From: an uncultured Anaerolineales bacterium
Lineage (GTDB): Bacteria > Chloroflexota > Anaerolineae > B4-G1
Direction of reading: 5' to 3'
DNA: 64,000 nucleotides
Assembly: GCA_964514285.1 (NCBI GenBank)
Contig: CAZEQC010000008.1
Span: 6,181 to 70,180, forward strand
Under the pieces are notes generated by a model. The model was not told the DNA's origin. It searched no databases and saw only the letters and a program-made list of their open reading frames with translations. This document shows positions 43,518 through 52,651 of this stretch, piece after piece. The position numbers were made by a program, and so were the translations under genes. How positions within the stretch are numbered: the stretch's first letter is position 1; every line of letters starts with the position of its first letter.

Positions 43518-44006
43518 TTGGACACACGCCAAGTCGTCCGCCTGCGGGTTCACGAAGGCTACTGGGGCCATGACTGGAACTGCGCCGTCACGACGCTCCG
43601 CATCCTCAGCGAGGTCTTCGATATCTCCCTTCATCGGCAGGTGCTCGACGGGGCCCTGGGTATGCACGGGGCCGGGGGCTATCGCGCTCAGTGTGGCTTG
43701 GTGGAGGGTGCCCTTATGGCCATCGGAATCCTTGGCAAGGCCAGAGGGCTCGACGACGACGCCGTCGTGGAGGCGTGTTACCGCTTTGCCGAGGCCTTCG
43801 AGGATCGCTTCGGCAGCCTGCTCTGCCAAGAGTTGCGGCCCGAGGGATTCAGCCCCGACAATCCGCCCCACCTGTGCGAGGAACTGACGCGAAGAGCGAT
43901 CCTCTTCGACATCCAGGTCATAGGCGACGAGCTAATCAGAAAGAAGGAGAGGGAGAGAGCAGAGGGGGTGCCGACCGACCCTCTCGACCCCTACAGTGAA
44001 CGATGA
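43518..44006 (+). CDS. C_GCAxxG_C_C family putative redox-active protein
   Basis: 'NCAVTTL', '[18 protein letters not shown]', 'FGSLLCQEL' and '[11 protein letters not shown]' reproduce the C...GCxxxG...C...C pattern. TTG start. Confidence 0.7.
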   Translation: MDTRQVVRLRVHEGYWGHDWNCAVTTLRILSEVFDISLHRQVLDGALGMHGAGGYRAQCGLVEGALMAIGILGKARGLDDDAVVEACYRFAEAFEDRFGSLLCQELRPEGFSPDNPPHLCEELTRRAILFDIQVIGDELIRKKERERAEGVPTDPLDPYSER

Positions 44007-44485
44007 GCCTTTCACACGTGGACGAAGAAGGACGCATCCGCATGGTCGGCGTGGGTCACAAACCCGACACCGTGCGTCTGGCCGTCGCCAAGGGCGAGGT
44101 ACGGATGAGGTCAGAGACACTGCGCCTCATCGCTCAGGGCGAAGCACCCAAAGGGGATGTGCTGAATACGGCGCGGATTGCCGGCATTATGGCTGCCAAA
44201 CGCACCCACGAGCTTATCCCCCTCTGTCACCCCCTGCCGCTCACCAAGGTCGACGTCGATTTCGCCATCGACCCGGACGCTTCGCGAGTCGTCATCACGG
44301 CCACGGCCCGCTGCACCGGCAAGACGGGCGTGGAGATGGAGGCCCTTACTGCCGTCAGCGTCGCCGCCCTGACCGTCTACGATATGGCCAAGGCGGTTGA
44401 GAAGACGATGGAGATAGGCCGGATTCGCTTGGTGACTAAGACAGGTGGGAAGAGCGGGGACTGGGAACGTGAGGATGACGTATGA
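44003..44485 (+). CDS. moaC: cyclic pyranopterin monophosphate synthase
   Basis: '[24 protein letters not shown]', '[29 protein letters not shown]', '[23 protein letters not shown]'. Confidence 0.95.
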   Translation: MSLSHVDEEGRIRMVGVGHKPDTVRLAVAKGEVRMRSETLRLIAQGEAPKGDVLNTARIAGIMAAKRTHELIPLCHPLPLTKVDVDFAIDPDASRVVITATARCTGKTGVEMEALTAVSVAALTVYDMAKAVEKTMEIGRIRLVTKTGGKSGDWEREDDV

Positions 44486-44775
44486 CAATGAGGAAGGAGA
44501 ACGGAGGGCGAAGCGTGGAAGAGAAACTCATTCGGGTGCGGGTCAAGTTCTTCGCTGCACCGCGGCAGGCCCTGGGCACCGACGAGATCGATCTCGATAT
44601 CGCAGTGGGCTCGACGGTCAAGGATCTCATCCGCGTGCTGCGGGACAGATATCCGGTCCTGGAAAGCTATACCCGCTTCCTCAACGTGGCCGTCAACCGC
44701 GCCTATGTCGGTATGCAGACCGAACTCCACGATGGCGACGAGGTCGCCTGTCTGCCTCCGGTAGGCGGGGGGTAA
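44482..44775 (+). CDS. moaD: molybdopterin synthase sulfur-carrier subunit (MoaD/ThiS fold)
   Basis: '[21 protein letters not shown]' and the C-terminal '[14 protein letters not shown]' (Gly-Gly terminus). Alternative GTG start at 44536. Confidence 0.85.
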   Translation: MTMRKENGGRSVEEKLIRVRVKFFAAPRQALGTDEIDLDIAVGSTVKDLIRVLRDRYPVLESYTRFLNVAVNRAYVGMQTELHDGDEVACLPPVGGG

Positions 44776-44778
44776 GCT

Positions 44779-45234
44779 ATGAAGCTCTTTGAGATAACGA
44801 CAGCGCCGCTCTCCGTCGACGACGTCGTCGCTCGCCTCGCCCGCCCGTCCATTGGCGCCGTCACCACCTTTGTCGGGGTGGTGCGCGGCGAGACCGACGG
44901 GCGCGAGACCCGGCGACTCGAGTACGAGGCGTACCCCGAGATGGCCGAGGAGCAGCTCCAGCGGATCGGCGACGAGATCCGTCGGCGGTGGCCCACGATT
45001 CGCCAGGTGGCCATCGTCCACCGCATCGGACACCTGCAAATCGGGGAGACCATCGTCGTCATCGCCGTATCATCCCCTCACCGTCAGGAGACCTTCGCCG
45101 CGACGCACTATGCCATCGATCGGCTCAAGGAGATCGTGCCCATCTGGAAGAAGGAGGTCTGGAAGGACGGAGAGGCTTGGCGGAGTGAGCAGACAGAGAG
45201 CAAGCGAGCACAGGAGCAGGAGGAGAGAGAATAG
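44779..45234 (+). CDS. moaE: molybdopterin synthase catalytic subunit
   Basis: 'GAVTTFVGVVRGE', 'LEYEAYPEMAE', 'VAIVHRIGHLQIGETIVVIAVSSPHRQEAF', 'IDRLKEIVPIWKKE'. Confidence 0.9.
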   Translation: MKLFEITTAPLSVDDVVARLARPSIGAVTTFVGVVRGETDGRETRRLEYEAYPEMAEEQLQRIGDEIRRRWPTIRQVAIVHRIGHLQIGETIVVIAVSSPHRQETFAATHYAIDRLKEIVPIWKKEVWKDGEAWRSEQTESKRAQEQEERE

Positions 45235-46460
45235 TGGAACCCATGCTGAGCTTGGAAGAGGCCCAAGAACGAGTACTGAGCGTGTTTGAACCGGTGGAGA
45301 CGGAGTGCGTGCCCATCCTCAAAGCCGCCGGACGCGTGCTGGCCGAGGATGCCTACGCCGACGCGGATATCCCTCCCCACGCCAACTCGTCCATGGACGG
45401 CTTCGCCGTCCGGGCTGTCGATACTGCCGCTGCTGATCCAGGCGATCCCGCCCAGCTGCGCATCATCGGTGATCTGCCCGCCGGCTACGTCCCCGAGCGG
45501 GCCGTGAAGCCCGGCACGGCCATCCGCATCATGACCGGCGCGCCGCTCCCACCGGGTGCCGATGCCGTGGTCAAGGTCGAGGATACAGAGACCCAGGATG
45601 ACGCCGTGCACATCCTCACCGCAGTCGAGCCTGGCAACTACGTCCGGCCGGCCGGCGAGGACGTGCGCCAGGGCTCCCTCGTCCTCCGCCACGGGACGCG
45701 ACTCCGCCCTCAGGAGATCGGCATGCTGGCTGGGCTGGGACACGAGCAGGTCACCGTGGCCCGTAAACCCCGCGTGGCGATCCTCGCCACGGGAGATGAG
45801 TTGGTGGGCATCGACGAACCTCTCCTCCCAGGCAAGATTCGCAACACCAACACCTACTCGAACGCGGCCCAGGTTCTCGAGCACGGCGGCGAGCCCATCC
45901 TCCTCGGAATCGCCCGCGATCGCGTCGAGGAGCTGACGGCCAAGATCAGGGCCGGGCTGGATCAAGGTGTCGATCTCTTCCTCACCTCCGGCGGCGTCTC
46001 CGTCGGGGACTTTGACCTGGTGAAGGAGGTGCTGGCCACCGAGGGGCAGATGGCCTTCTGGCGTGTGCGGATGAAGCCGGGCAAGCCCCTGGCGTTCGGA
46101 GACGTCGGCGGCGTCCCGGTGCTCGGACTACCCGGCAACCCCGTGTCGGTCATGGTCTCCTTTGAGATGTTCGTCCGCCCCGCCCTTCTGAGGATGCAGG
46201 GCGCAGTGGACTGGCGCCGTCCCACCGTCGAAGCCACCCTGGTGGACGAGATCAAGCAAAAGGACGAGAGGCGCCACTTCGTCCGCGTCCACCTCGTCTG
46301 GGACGAGGGATCCTATCGCGCCTACCTCACCGGCGCCCAGGGGTCGGGCATCCTCAGCTCTATGGTCAAAGCCAACGCTCTGGCCATCATCCCTGAGGAC
46401 TGGGATCACGCCCCGGCTGGAGCGCGCGTGGAGGTGATGATGCTGGAGTGTCAGAGGTGA
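45234..46460 (+). CDS. moeA: molybdopterin molybdo/tungsto-transferase
   Basis: 'LSLEEAQERVL', 'PPHANSSMDGFAVR', 'IMTGAPLPPGADAVV', 'VAILATGDELV', 'IRNTNTY', 'DLFLTSGGVSVGDFD', 'KPGKPLAFG', 'LGLPGNPVS'. Confidence 0.9.
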   Translation: MEPMLSLEEAQERVLSVFEPVETECVPILKAAGRVLAEDAYADADIPPHANSSMDGFAVRAVDTAAADPGDPAQLRIIGDLPAGYVPERAVKPGTAIRIMTGAPLPPGADAVVKVEDTETQDDAVHILTAVEPGNYVRPAGEDVRQGSLVLRHGTRLRPQEIGMLAGLGHEQVTVARKPRVAILATGDELVGIDEPLLPGKIRNTNTYSNAAQVLEHGGEPILLGIARDRVEELTAKIRAGLDQGVDLFLTSGGVSVGDFDLVKEVLATEGQMAFWRVRMKPGKPLAFGDVGGVPVLGLPGNPVSVMVSFEMFVRPALLRMQGAVDWRRPTVEATLVDEIKQKDERRHFVRVHLVWDEGSYRAYLTGAQGSGILSSMVKANALAIIPEDWDHAPAGARVEVMMLECQR

Positions 46461-47428
46461 ATGGAGCGACGTCCGTGCGCGGCTACGGTATCGCTTTGGC
46501 CAGCACCGCCATCTGGTCCGCCTCGGCCGTCTTCATCAGCCACCTGTCCACTCGTTTCCACATGCCGCCCTTGGTGCTGGCCTTCTGGCGCGACTTCCTG
46601 GTGACGTGCACGCTTGCCGGGACCCTGATCCTCTTCGCGCCACAACACCTCCGTCTAGGCTGCCCTCCGCCCGCGCGCCGGCACGTTCCCTTCTTCATCC
46701 TCTACGGCTTCCTCCTGGCGATCTTCAACAGTTTGTGGACCATCTCCGTGGTCCTAAACGGCCCGTCGGTGGCCACCGTCCTTGGCTACATCTCGCCCGC
46801 TTTCACCGGCCTGATTGGCTGGTACTGGTTTGACGAGCGTCTCACAGCACCGAAGATCGTAGCCATTCTTCTCAGTCTCATCGGCTGCGTCTTCGCCTCC
46901 GGCGCCAATGATCCAACGGTCTGGCAGGGCAACGCCGTGGGCATTATCCTTGGACTCGGAACCGGCTTGGTCTTCGCCTTCTACAGCCTGATGGGCAAGG
47001 CCTCCGCAAGCAAGAACATCAACCCCTGGCAGGCCACGCTCTACACCTTCGCTTTCGGCTCGGGATTCCTGTTGTTGCTCCAACGCCCTGGGACCCTCTT
47101 CTGGCTCTCTCGTCCCCTGGCCCAGGGCCCTGCCGGGTGGCGCGAGGCTGCCCTGGGTTGGGGCACCCTGCTACTGCTCGCCATCGGGCCTACCTTGGGT
47201 GGCTACGGCCTCTACACCGTCAGTCTCACGCACCTGCCGGCCTCAACGGCGAGCTTAATCCTGACCCTCGAGCCCGCCATGACGGCCGTTCTGGCCTTCT
47301 TCTTCCTGAACGAGCGTTTGACCCAGTCTCAGCTCGTCGGCGGTGCCGTCATCCTGGCGGGCGTCTTCATCCTCCGCTTCAGCGATCGTCAAACCGTCAG
47401 AGCGCACCAGCCCGTCCTCCAGGACTAG
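46448..47428 (+). CDS. EamA-family (DMT superfamily) transporter
   Basis: 10 TM with two EamA halves. Overlaps the moeA stop by 13 nt. Confidence 0.8.
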   Translation: MSEVNGATSVRGYGIALASTAIWSASAVFISHLSTRFHMPPLVLAFWRDFLVTCTLAGTLILFAPQHLRLGCPPPARRHVPFFILYGFLLAIFNSLWTISVVLNGPSVATVLGYISPAFTGLIGWYWFDERLTAPKIVAILLSLIGCVFASGANDPTVWQGNAVGIILGLGTGLVFAFYSLMGKASASKNINPWQATLYTFAFGSGFLLLLQRPGTLFWLSRPLAQGPAGWREAALGWGTLLLLAIGPTLGGYGLYTVSLTHLPASTASLILTLEPAMTAVLAFFFLNERLTQSQLVGGAVILAGVFILRFSDRQTVRAHQPVLQD

Positions 47429-47584
47429 CCAACGGATCTCTCCTTAGCCCGGCGACCCGCCCTAGGACGCTCTGAGCCGTCCCATGGTGGCCCAGCCCAA
47501 GGAGCTCTGGCCCACCATGGGACGCTCCGGCCCCCCTACGACGCTCGGGCTGGATTCGCAATCCAGCCCATTCCCCCCAACTAC

Positions 47585-47965
47585 CTACGCCAGCTCCTTC
47601 TCCTCCTCTTCCCTGACCAAGGCCGACAGGATCACCGACACCACGCTGACGATCAAACCGCCGAGAAAGGCAGCCCCAAAGCCGTCCACCGAATAACCCA
47701 CGTTGAACCAACTCTGGGCGATCCGCGAGGCCAACCAGAGCGTGAAGCCGTTGATCACCAAGACGAACACGCCCAACGTGAGGATGATCAGAGGACAGGT
47801 CAACAGCTTGAGGACCGGTCGCACAATCGCGTTGATCAAAGCCAAGATGATAGCCATCACAGCGTAGACCGTCCAGCCGTCGCCCTCAACCACGATGCCA
47901 GGCACCAACCACGCCGCCGCGAACAAGGCCAGGCCGGTGATTACCCAACGAACCAATAGCTTCAT
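47585..47965 (-). CDS. phage-holin-4_2 / DUF360 family membrane protein (YvlD-like)
   Basis: 'LLVRWVITGLALFAAAWLVPGI...A.ILALINAIVRPVLKLLTCPLIILTLG.F.LVINGF.LWLAS'. Confidence 0.75.
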   Translation of the reverse strand: MKLLVRWVITGLALFAAAWLVPGIVVEGDGWTVYAVMAIILALINAIVRPVLKLLTCPLIILTLGVFVLVINGFTLWLASRIAQSWFNVGYSVDGFGAAFLGGLIVSVVSVILSALVREEEEKELA

Positions 47966-47990
47966 GCTGTGTCTCCTTTCGCTCTACTGC

Positions 47991-48038
47991 CCGGCGGTCC
48001 TCCGCCCAGCGGTCCTCCGCCCAGCGGTCCTCCGCCCG
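47991..48038. repeat. 15-bp tandem repeat, about 3.2 copies (CCAGCGGTCCTCCGC)
   Basis: ccggcggtcctccgc / ccagcggtcctccgc / ccagcggtcctccgc / ccg..., lying between the histidine-kinase stop and the holin-family start. Confidence 0.8.
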
Positions 48039-48124
48039 ATCGCCCTATTCTACGTTCCCAACCGTAGGAAGTTGCACCCTGTGACGTCGAAAGCTTGTCA
48101 TTGCTCAAAAACGACGCTGTCGTG

Positions 48125-49261
48125 CTAGGAGGACTCTGAAACCGGCAACGTGAAGCAAACCCGCGTACCCTCCCTGAACGTGCTCTTCAGCCATATCTCC
48201 CCTCCCTGCATCCGCACTAGGTTGGATGCGATGCACAGTCCCAGGCCGCTGCCAGGCATATCGCTCGCCTTCCGGTCTTCTGATCGGTAGAATCTCTCAA
48301 ACACTCTCTCTTGCTCATCACGCCGGATGCCAATGCCGTTGTCCTCCACGGCGATCAGGACCCCGCGGCCCTCCTCCCACAGCTCAGCTCGAACGTCGAT
48401 CCGCCCACCTGGCGGGGTGAACTTGTTCGCATTGCTGATCAGATTCGAGAGTGCTTGTACCGACCGCTCTTGGTCAGCCCAGACCGCCGGCAGCCCGTCA
48501 GGAACGTCGATTCGCAACGCCTGATCCCTCGCCTCGACCTGGTTTCGCAGGCTCTCAGCCGCCTCCCTGATGATACTCGGGACGTCCACCCTGCCGAGCT
48601 CCAGCCGCAACCGCCCTGATTCGATCCGCGCGATGTCAGAGAGGTCGGAGATCAAGAGGGCAATACGATCCGCGTTGGACCGGATAGTATCCAAGAACTC
48701 AGTCTGTGCTTCGTTTATCGGGCCCACGGTCTCCCGCGAGAGCAGATCCGTATACCCTTTGATCGATGTAATGGGCGTCCGCATTTCGTGCGAGGCCACC
48801 GACATGAACTCGCTCTTCGCCCGATCGGACGCCTCTGCTGCCTCTTTCGCCTCGCGCAAGGCGTCCTCGATCCGCTTGCGTTCGGTCACATCCTGGAAGA
48901 ACAAGTAGCAGCCCATCGGCTCGCCCGCCCGATCGCAGCGTGACGACAGTTGCACCTCAAAAACCTGCTCCCTGCTACCCTCGCCGACCACGATCTCTTT
49001 GGACCCTTCTTCCGATCCCTCCAGAAGATCGATCAAGTCCGATCGCCCACCAAGCAACTCCGAGGCGGGCCGACCGACCACATCCTTCATCGGTAAGCCC
49101 ACGATCCTTTCAGCCGCCGGATTGATATCCAGGACGCGTTTCTCACCGTCCAAGATGATCAAACCGTGTTCCATCGCCTCAATGACGGCGTCCCTCGCCG
49201 CACCTAAGACATCCGATAGATCCGAGAGTCCTCTCTCTGAAGTCATCCGCTCTGAGGTCAT
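48125..49261 (-). CDS. PAS-domain sensor histidine kinase (HisKA + HATPase_c), orphan
   Basis: PAS 'GLIILDGEKRVLDINPAAERIVG', H-box 'FMSVASHEMRTPITSIKGY', N-box 'ALSNLISNANKFTPPGG' and G-boxes 'VEDNGIGI' and 'GSGLGL'. Confidence 0.9.
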   Translation of the reverse strand: MTSERMTSERGLSDLSDVLGAARDAVIEAMEHGLIILDGEKRVLDINPAAERIVGLPMKDVVGRPASELLGGRSDLIDLLEGSEEGSKEIVVGEGSREQVFEVQLSSRCDRAGEPMGCYLFFQDVTERKRIEDALREAKEAAEASDRAKSEFMSVASHEMRTPITSIKGYTDLLSRETVGPINEAQTEFLDTIRSNADRIALLISDLSDIARIESGRLRLELGRVDVPSIIREAAESLRNQVEARDQALRIDVPDGLPAVWADQERSVQALSNLISNANKFTPPGGRIDVRAELWEEGRGVLIAVEDNGIGIRRDEQERVFERFYRSEDRKASDMPGSGLGLCIASNLVRMQGGEIWLKSTFREGTRVCFTLPVSESS

Positions 49262-49312
49262 ACCTTACTCAGCCCTTTCTCTACCGCCCGTCATCCCTAC
49301 GCTGACCCTCTC

Positions 49313-49717
49313 TTACACCACCATTGATCGCTGCTCTCCATCATCCCAAGCCGGGTCATCGAACCTCTGAATCTCAAGCAAGTATCCATTCGGGTCCCGC
49401 AAGAAGCAATGGTAGATGCCATAGTCGGGGTTGAACGCTGGCTCCTTCTCGAACAACACGCCCTGGTCACGAAGGTGGAGATACCAACGGTCGACCTCCT
49501 GGCTGATGATGGTCAGAATGACGCCCCTCGGATGCTCTGCAGCATCCGTCCGTTCACAGAAACCGAGAAAGCCTCGCTCGGCAACCCGGTAGATGCGGCA
49601 ATCCCCCTGATCCAGGGCCAGTTGGAGACCCAGCACATCCTCGTAGAAACGAGCCGTCGATGCTAGGTCGCGCGTGTAGAGAAACGTTATCTGATGCTCA
49701 ATCGGCGGGTGGGACAT
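49313..49717 (-). CDS. VOC-family (glyoxalase/bleomycin-resistance fold) protein
   Basis: 'FLYTRDLASTARFYEDVLGL', 'YHCFLRDPNGYLLEIQ'. ATG after AAAGGAGG. Confidence 0.75.
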   Translation of the reverse strand: MSHPPIEHQITFLYTRDLASTARFYEDVLGLQLALDQGDCRIYRVAERGFLGFCERTDAAEHPRGVILTIISQEVDRWYLHLRDQGVLFEKEPAFNPDYGIYHCFLRDPNGYLLEIQRFDDPAWDDGEQRSMVV

Positions 49718-49751
49718 AGAACGACCTCCTTTCATCTCCTTAGATAAGGAC

Positions 49752-50636
49752 TTACCCAAGAACATACATCACCATCACAATGCTGACACCCCAGAGCAGA
49801 ATATCTACCTGCAACGCTCGGTCAGAGAACACGATCTCCTCCGGGGCACCTCCCAGCTCTTTGACGTGCATCAGGTACAGATAGCGAAAGATACCGTACA
49901 GCACGAATGGAATCGTCAGCATCATCGTGTGGTTTTGTGGCAGATTCGGCGCCGAAAACGTGTAGAGCGCATAAGCCACCAATGTCGACGCCGTGACGAT
50001 GCTGATGATGTGGTCCAGCAGCGACAAGTTGTATTGCCGAAGCGCCTCACGATGCCCCGCGGCGTTCTCCCTTAGCAGAACCAGCTCGTGACGCCGCTTG
50101 CCAAAGCCGATCAAGAGCGCCAAAAGCGTCATGCAGACGTAAAGCCAGGGAGAGAACCGTTCTGCATCCACCAGCGGCACCCCTGCCGCGACGCGCAGCA
50201 GGAAACCACTCGCCACCAGCATCACGTCGATGATCACCAGGTCCTTAAGCCAAAACGAATAGGCGATCTGAACCAGCAGGTAGCCAGCCAGGATCGCACC
50301 CAGCCAAACATCAAGCACGAATCCTAAAGGCAAGGCGATCAATGGAATGATCAAAGCCGCGACCCTCGCCGTGCCAACGCCCAACGCCCCGGAGGCCAGT
50401 GGGCGATGACGCTTCCGCGGATGGTTCCGGTCCTTCTCGATGTCGGCCAGATCGTTGATAATGTATACCGTTCCCGACGTCAGACACAGGAGCACAAATC
50501 CCGCAGCCGTCCGGGCCAGGTAATGAAGCTCAAATAACTTCTCATCGAAAACCAGGGGGGCAAAGACGAACACATTCTTGAACCACTGCTTGGGCCGCAT
50601 GGTCTTGATCAAGCCGATGAGTGTACCCTTCCTCAT
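49752..50636 (-). CDS. UbiA-family prenyltransferase, decaprenyl-phosphate phosphoribosyltransferase-like
   Basis: 'MRPKQWFKNVFVFAPLVF', 'YIINDLADIEKDRNHPRKRHRPLASG' and 8-9 TM. The start overlaps the AOR stop (TGATG). Confidence 0.8.
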   Translation of the reverse strand: MRKGTLIGLIKTMRPKQWFKNVFVFAPLVFDEKLFELHYLARTAAGFVLLCLTSGTVYIINDLADIEKDRNHPRKRHRPLASGALGVGTARVAALIIPLIALPLGFVLDVWLGAILAGYLLVQIAYSFWLKDLVIIDVMLVASGFLLRVAAGVPLVDAERFSPWLYVCMTLLALLIGFGKRRHELVLLRENAAGHREALRQYNLSLLDHIISIVTASTLVAYALYTFSAPNLPQNHTMMLTIPFVLYGIFRYLYLMHVKELGGAPEEIVFSDRALQVDILLWGVSIVMVMYVLG

Positions 50637-52528
50637 CACACACCACTCCGCTCCAAAGACTCGGCTAGCCAACCGAGCTCCAGCTCTTGGAGCTTGGCCC
50701 GTGTCGGGCGCCCCCGGTCGTCCCAACCCGCCATCTGGTAGTAGAGCGCCTTCGCAGCCTCGAAATCCGCCGCTTCGATCACAATCCCGTCGCTCGGCCC
50801 ACCCCTCAGCGGAACCGTCATCTTAGCGGGGAGTGTGTCCGCCTCCGCGCCGACACCTTCCCGGGCGTTGAATGCTCGCAGCATAGTCAAACGTCGCTCA
50901 CCCACCTTCATCAGCTCCCAGAGGCTCACCCCCCAGCCGGTGACCGCCCGCACCAGGTCCACCAGCTGGTTGGCGTCGTAGAGCTGAAAGGACGGGCCCC
51001 AGACGAACTGGCAGACTGTGACACTGTCCACGAGGCTGTTCCACCGCTGCGTGTAGACGGCAAAACGCACCTTCTCCGCATTCAACGTCCTCAAGGGCTG
51101 GGGGTCCCGCAGATCCAGCTGAGCCATTCGATCGGGATAGCCACCATAGGTCGGATCATGCTGATGAGACTCATGATCGGCGCCAAAGGGATTGACCCCA
51201 TAGATCAAGGCCAGGCTCCGCTTCAATTGGGGCATGTGGGCCGGGAACTCATGCTTCTTCGCTGCGACCACCAGGTCTTCGCCGACGCCCAGCGCCTCCG
51301 CCGCCCGTGTCGATCCTTCGCCCAGCAGCTTACCAAATCCCTTGCGCTCCCCGATACGCTTCACCATCTCCGTCAGGGCCTCGGCGTTGCCGAAGCGTAG
51401 CTCAACGCCTTCGGTCTCCTCCGGTCCAATCAGCCCTCGTTCGTAACAGTCCATCGCCCAGGCGATCGTCGCCCCGCACGAGATCGTGTCCATTCCGTAC
51501 ATATTGCACAGCTGATTCGCGTAGGCGATGGCTTCCAGATCGGAGACGCCACAATACGACCCCATAGTGGCCAGTGTCTCGTACTCCGGGCCTCCATAGC
51601 GCGGATCGAGATCGTAACGCCCCTCTCGGGATTCGACCACCCGCTTGCAGCGGACGACACATCCATAGCAGGTATCGCGCTCCTTGAGGATTGTATCCGC
51701 CATGCGTTGTCCGCTGATCGCCTCAGCGCCTTCGAACACGCCGCTGGACCAATTGCGTGTCGGCAGACCTCCCACCCTCTGCTGCGCAGTGACCGTCTGA
51801 GCGGTCCCCAGCAGACCAAGACCGTAAACGTCCGAGGTCTCGAAGTGCTCAGCGCCCCACTTCGCCAAAGCCCTCACGCCCTCCCGATCTGCCCATTCCG
51901 GGCGGCTATGCCCTCGAACGGCGACCGCCTTCAGGTTCTTCGAGGCCATCACCAGCCCCATGCCCGTGCGGCCGTTCGCTCGGTTAGCGTAGTTGATCAA
52001 GGCGCTAAAGCGTACGCCTCTCTCGGCTGCTGGTCCACACTGCAGGACTTGCACACGATCGTCATCGAGCTCTTCCCGGAGCATGTCCTCCACTTCAGCC
52101 GTAAACGCTCCCCACAGATGCTCACCATCCCGCAGCTCGGCCTCCCCATCCTCGATCCACAGATAGAGAGGTCGTTCGGCCTTTCCTCGGATCACAACCC
52201 CATCAAAGCCCGCGAACTTGAGCTCTGCCGGCCAAAACCCCCCGGCCTGAGCATCGCCAACGAGGCCCGTCTCAGGCGACTTGGCGGTGGCAACCACGCG
52301 AGACTGCCCGGACACCGACGCCCCGACCACGACCCCCGTCATCAGACAGAGGGTATTCTCCGGGCCAAGCGCATCCGCGCCGGGAGGCGTCTGCTTGAGG
52401 AGGTAGTAGGCCCCCATCGCGCTCCCACCCAGGTACTTGCGGTAGAATCTCTCATCAGGTTGTTCGACGGTCAGCTCCTCCGTCGTCAGATCGACGTGAA
52501 GGATCCGACCTTGGTATCCATAGGGCAT
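50636..52528 (-). CDS. aor: aldehyde:ferredoxin oxidoreductase family tungstopterin enzyme
   Basis: 630 aa. 'GYQGRILHVDLTTEELTVEQPDERFYRKYLGGSAMGAYYL', 'DTCYGCVVRCKR', 'GPEYETLA' and 'CGVSDLEAIAYANQLCNMYGMDTIS' match AOR blocks. Confidence 0.9.
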   Translation of the reverse strand: MPYGYQGRILHVDLTTEELTVEQPDERFYRKYLGGSAMGAYYLLKQTPPGADALGPENTLCLMTGVVVGASVSGQSRVVATAKSPETGLVGDAQAGGFWPAELKFAGFDGVVIRGKAERPLYLWIEDGEAELRDGEHLWGAFTAEVEDMLREELDDDRVQVLQCGPAAERGVRFSALINYANRANGRTGMGLVMASKNLKAVAVRGHSRPEWADREGVRALAKWGAEHFETSDVYGLGLLGTAQTVTAQQRVGGLPTRNWSSGVFEGAEAISGQRMADTILKERDTCYGCVVRCKRVVESREGRYDLDPRYGGPEYETLATMGSYCGVSDLEAIAYANQLCNMYGMDTISCGATIAWAMDCYERGLIGPEETEGVELRFGNAEALTEMVKRIGERKGFGKLLGEGSTRAAEALGVGEDLVVAAKKHEFPAHMPQLKRSLALIYGVNPFGADHESHQHDPTYGGYPDRMAQLDLRDPQPLRTLNAEKVRFAVYTQRWNSLVDSVTVCQFVWGPSFQLYDANQLVDLVRAVTGWGVSLWELMKVGERRLTMLRAFNAREGVGAEADTLPAKMTVPLRGGPSDGIVIEAADFEAAKALYYQMAGWDDRGRPTRAKLQELELGWLAESLERSGV

Positions 52529-52651
52529 ACTCCTCTCTCCTCTCCGTCTAGCACATCCTGATCAACCACCCGCGGAAGACCGCATCCGCGGTCAGTCGCA
52601 AGGAGTCTTAGTAACCATTCAACTCGTGTTCCGCTGCCACAAACCGCTGTC

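Noticed and set aside
47991-48038. The tandem repeat as a CRISPR array.
   Set aside because: The units are contiguous 15-mers without spacers, and there are no cas genes in the window.
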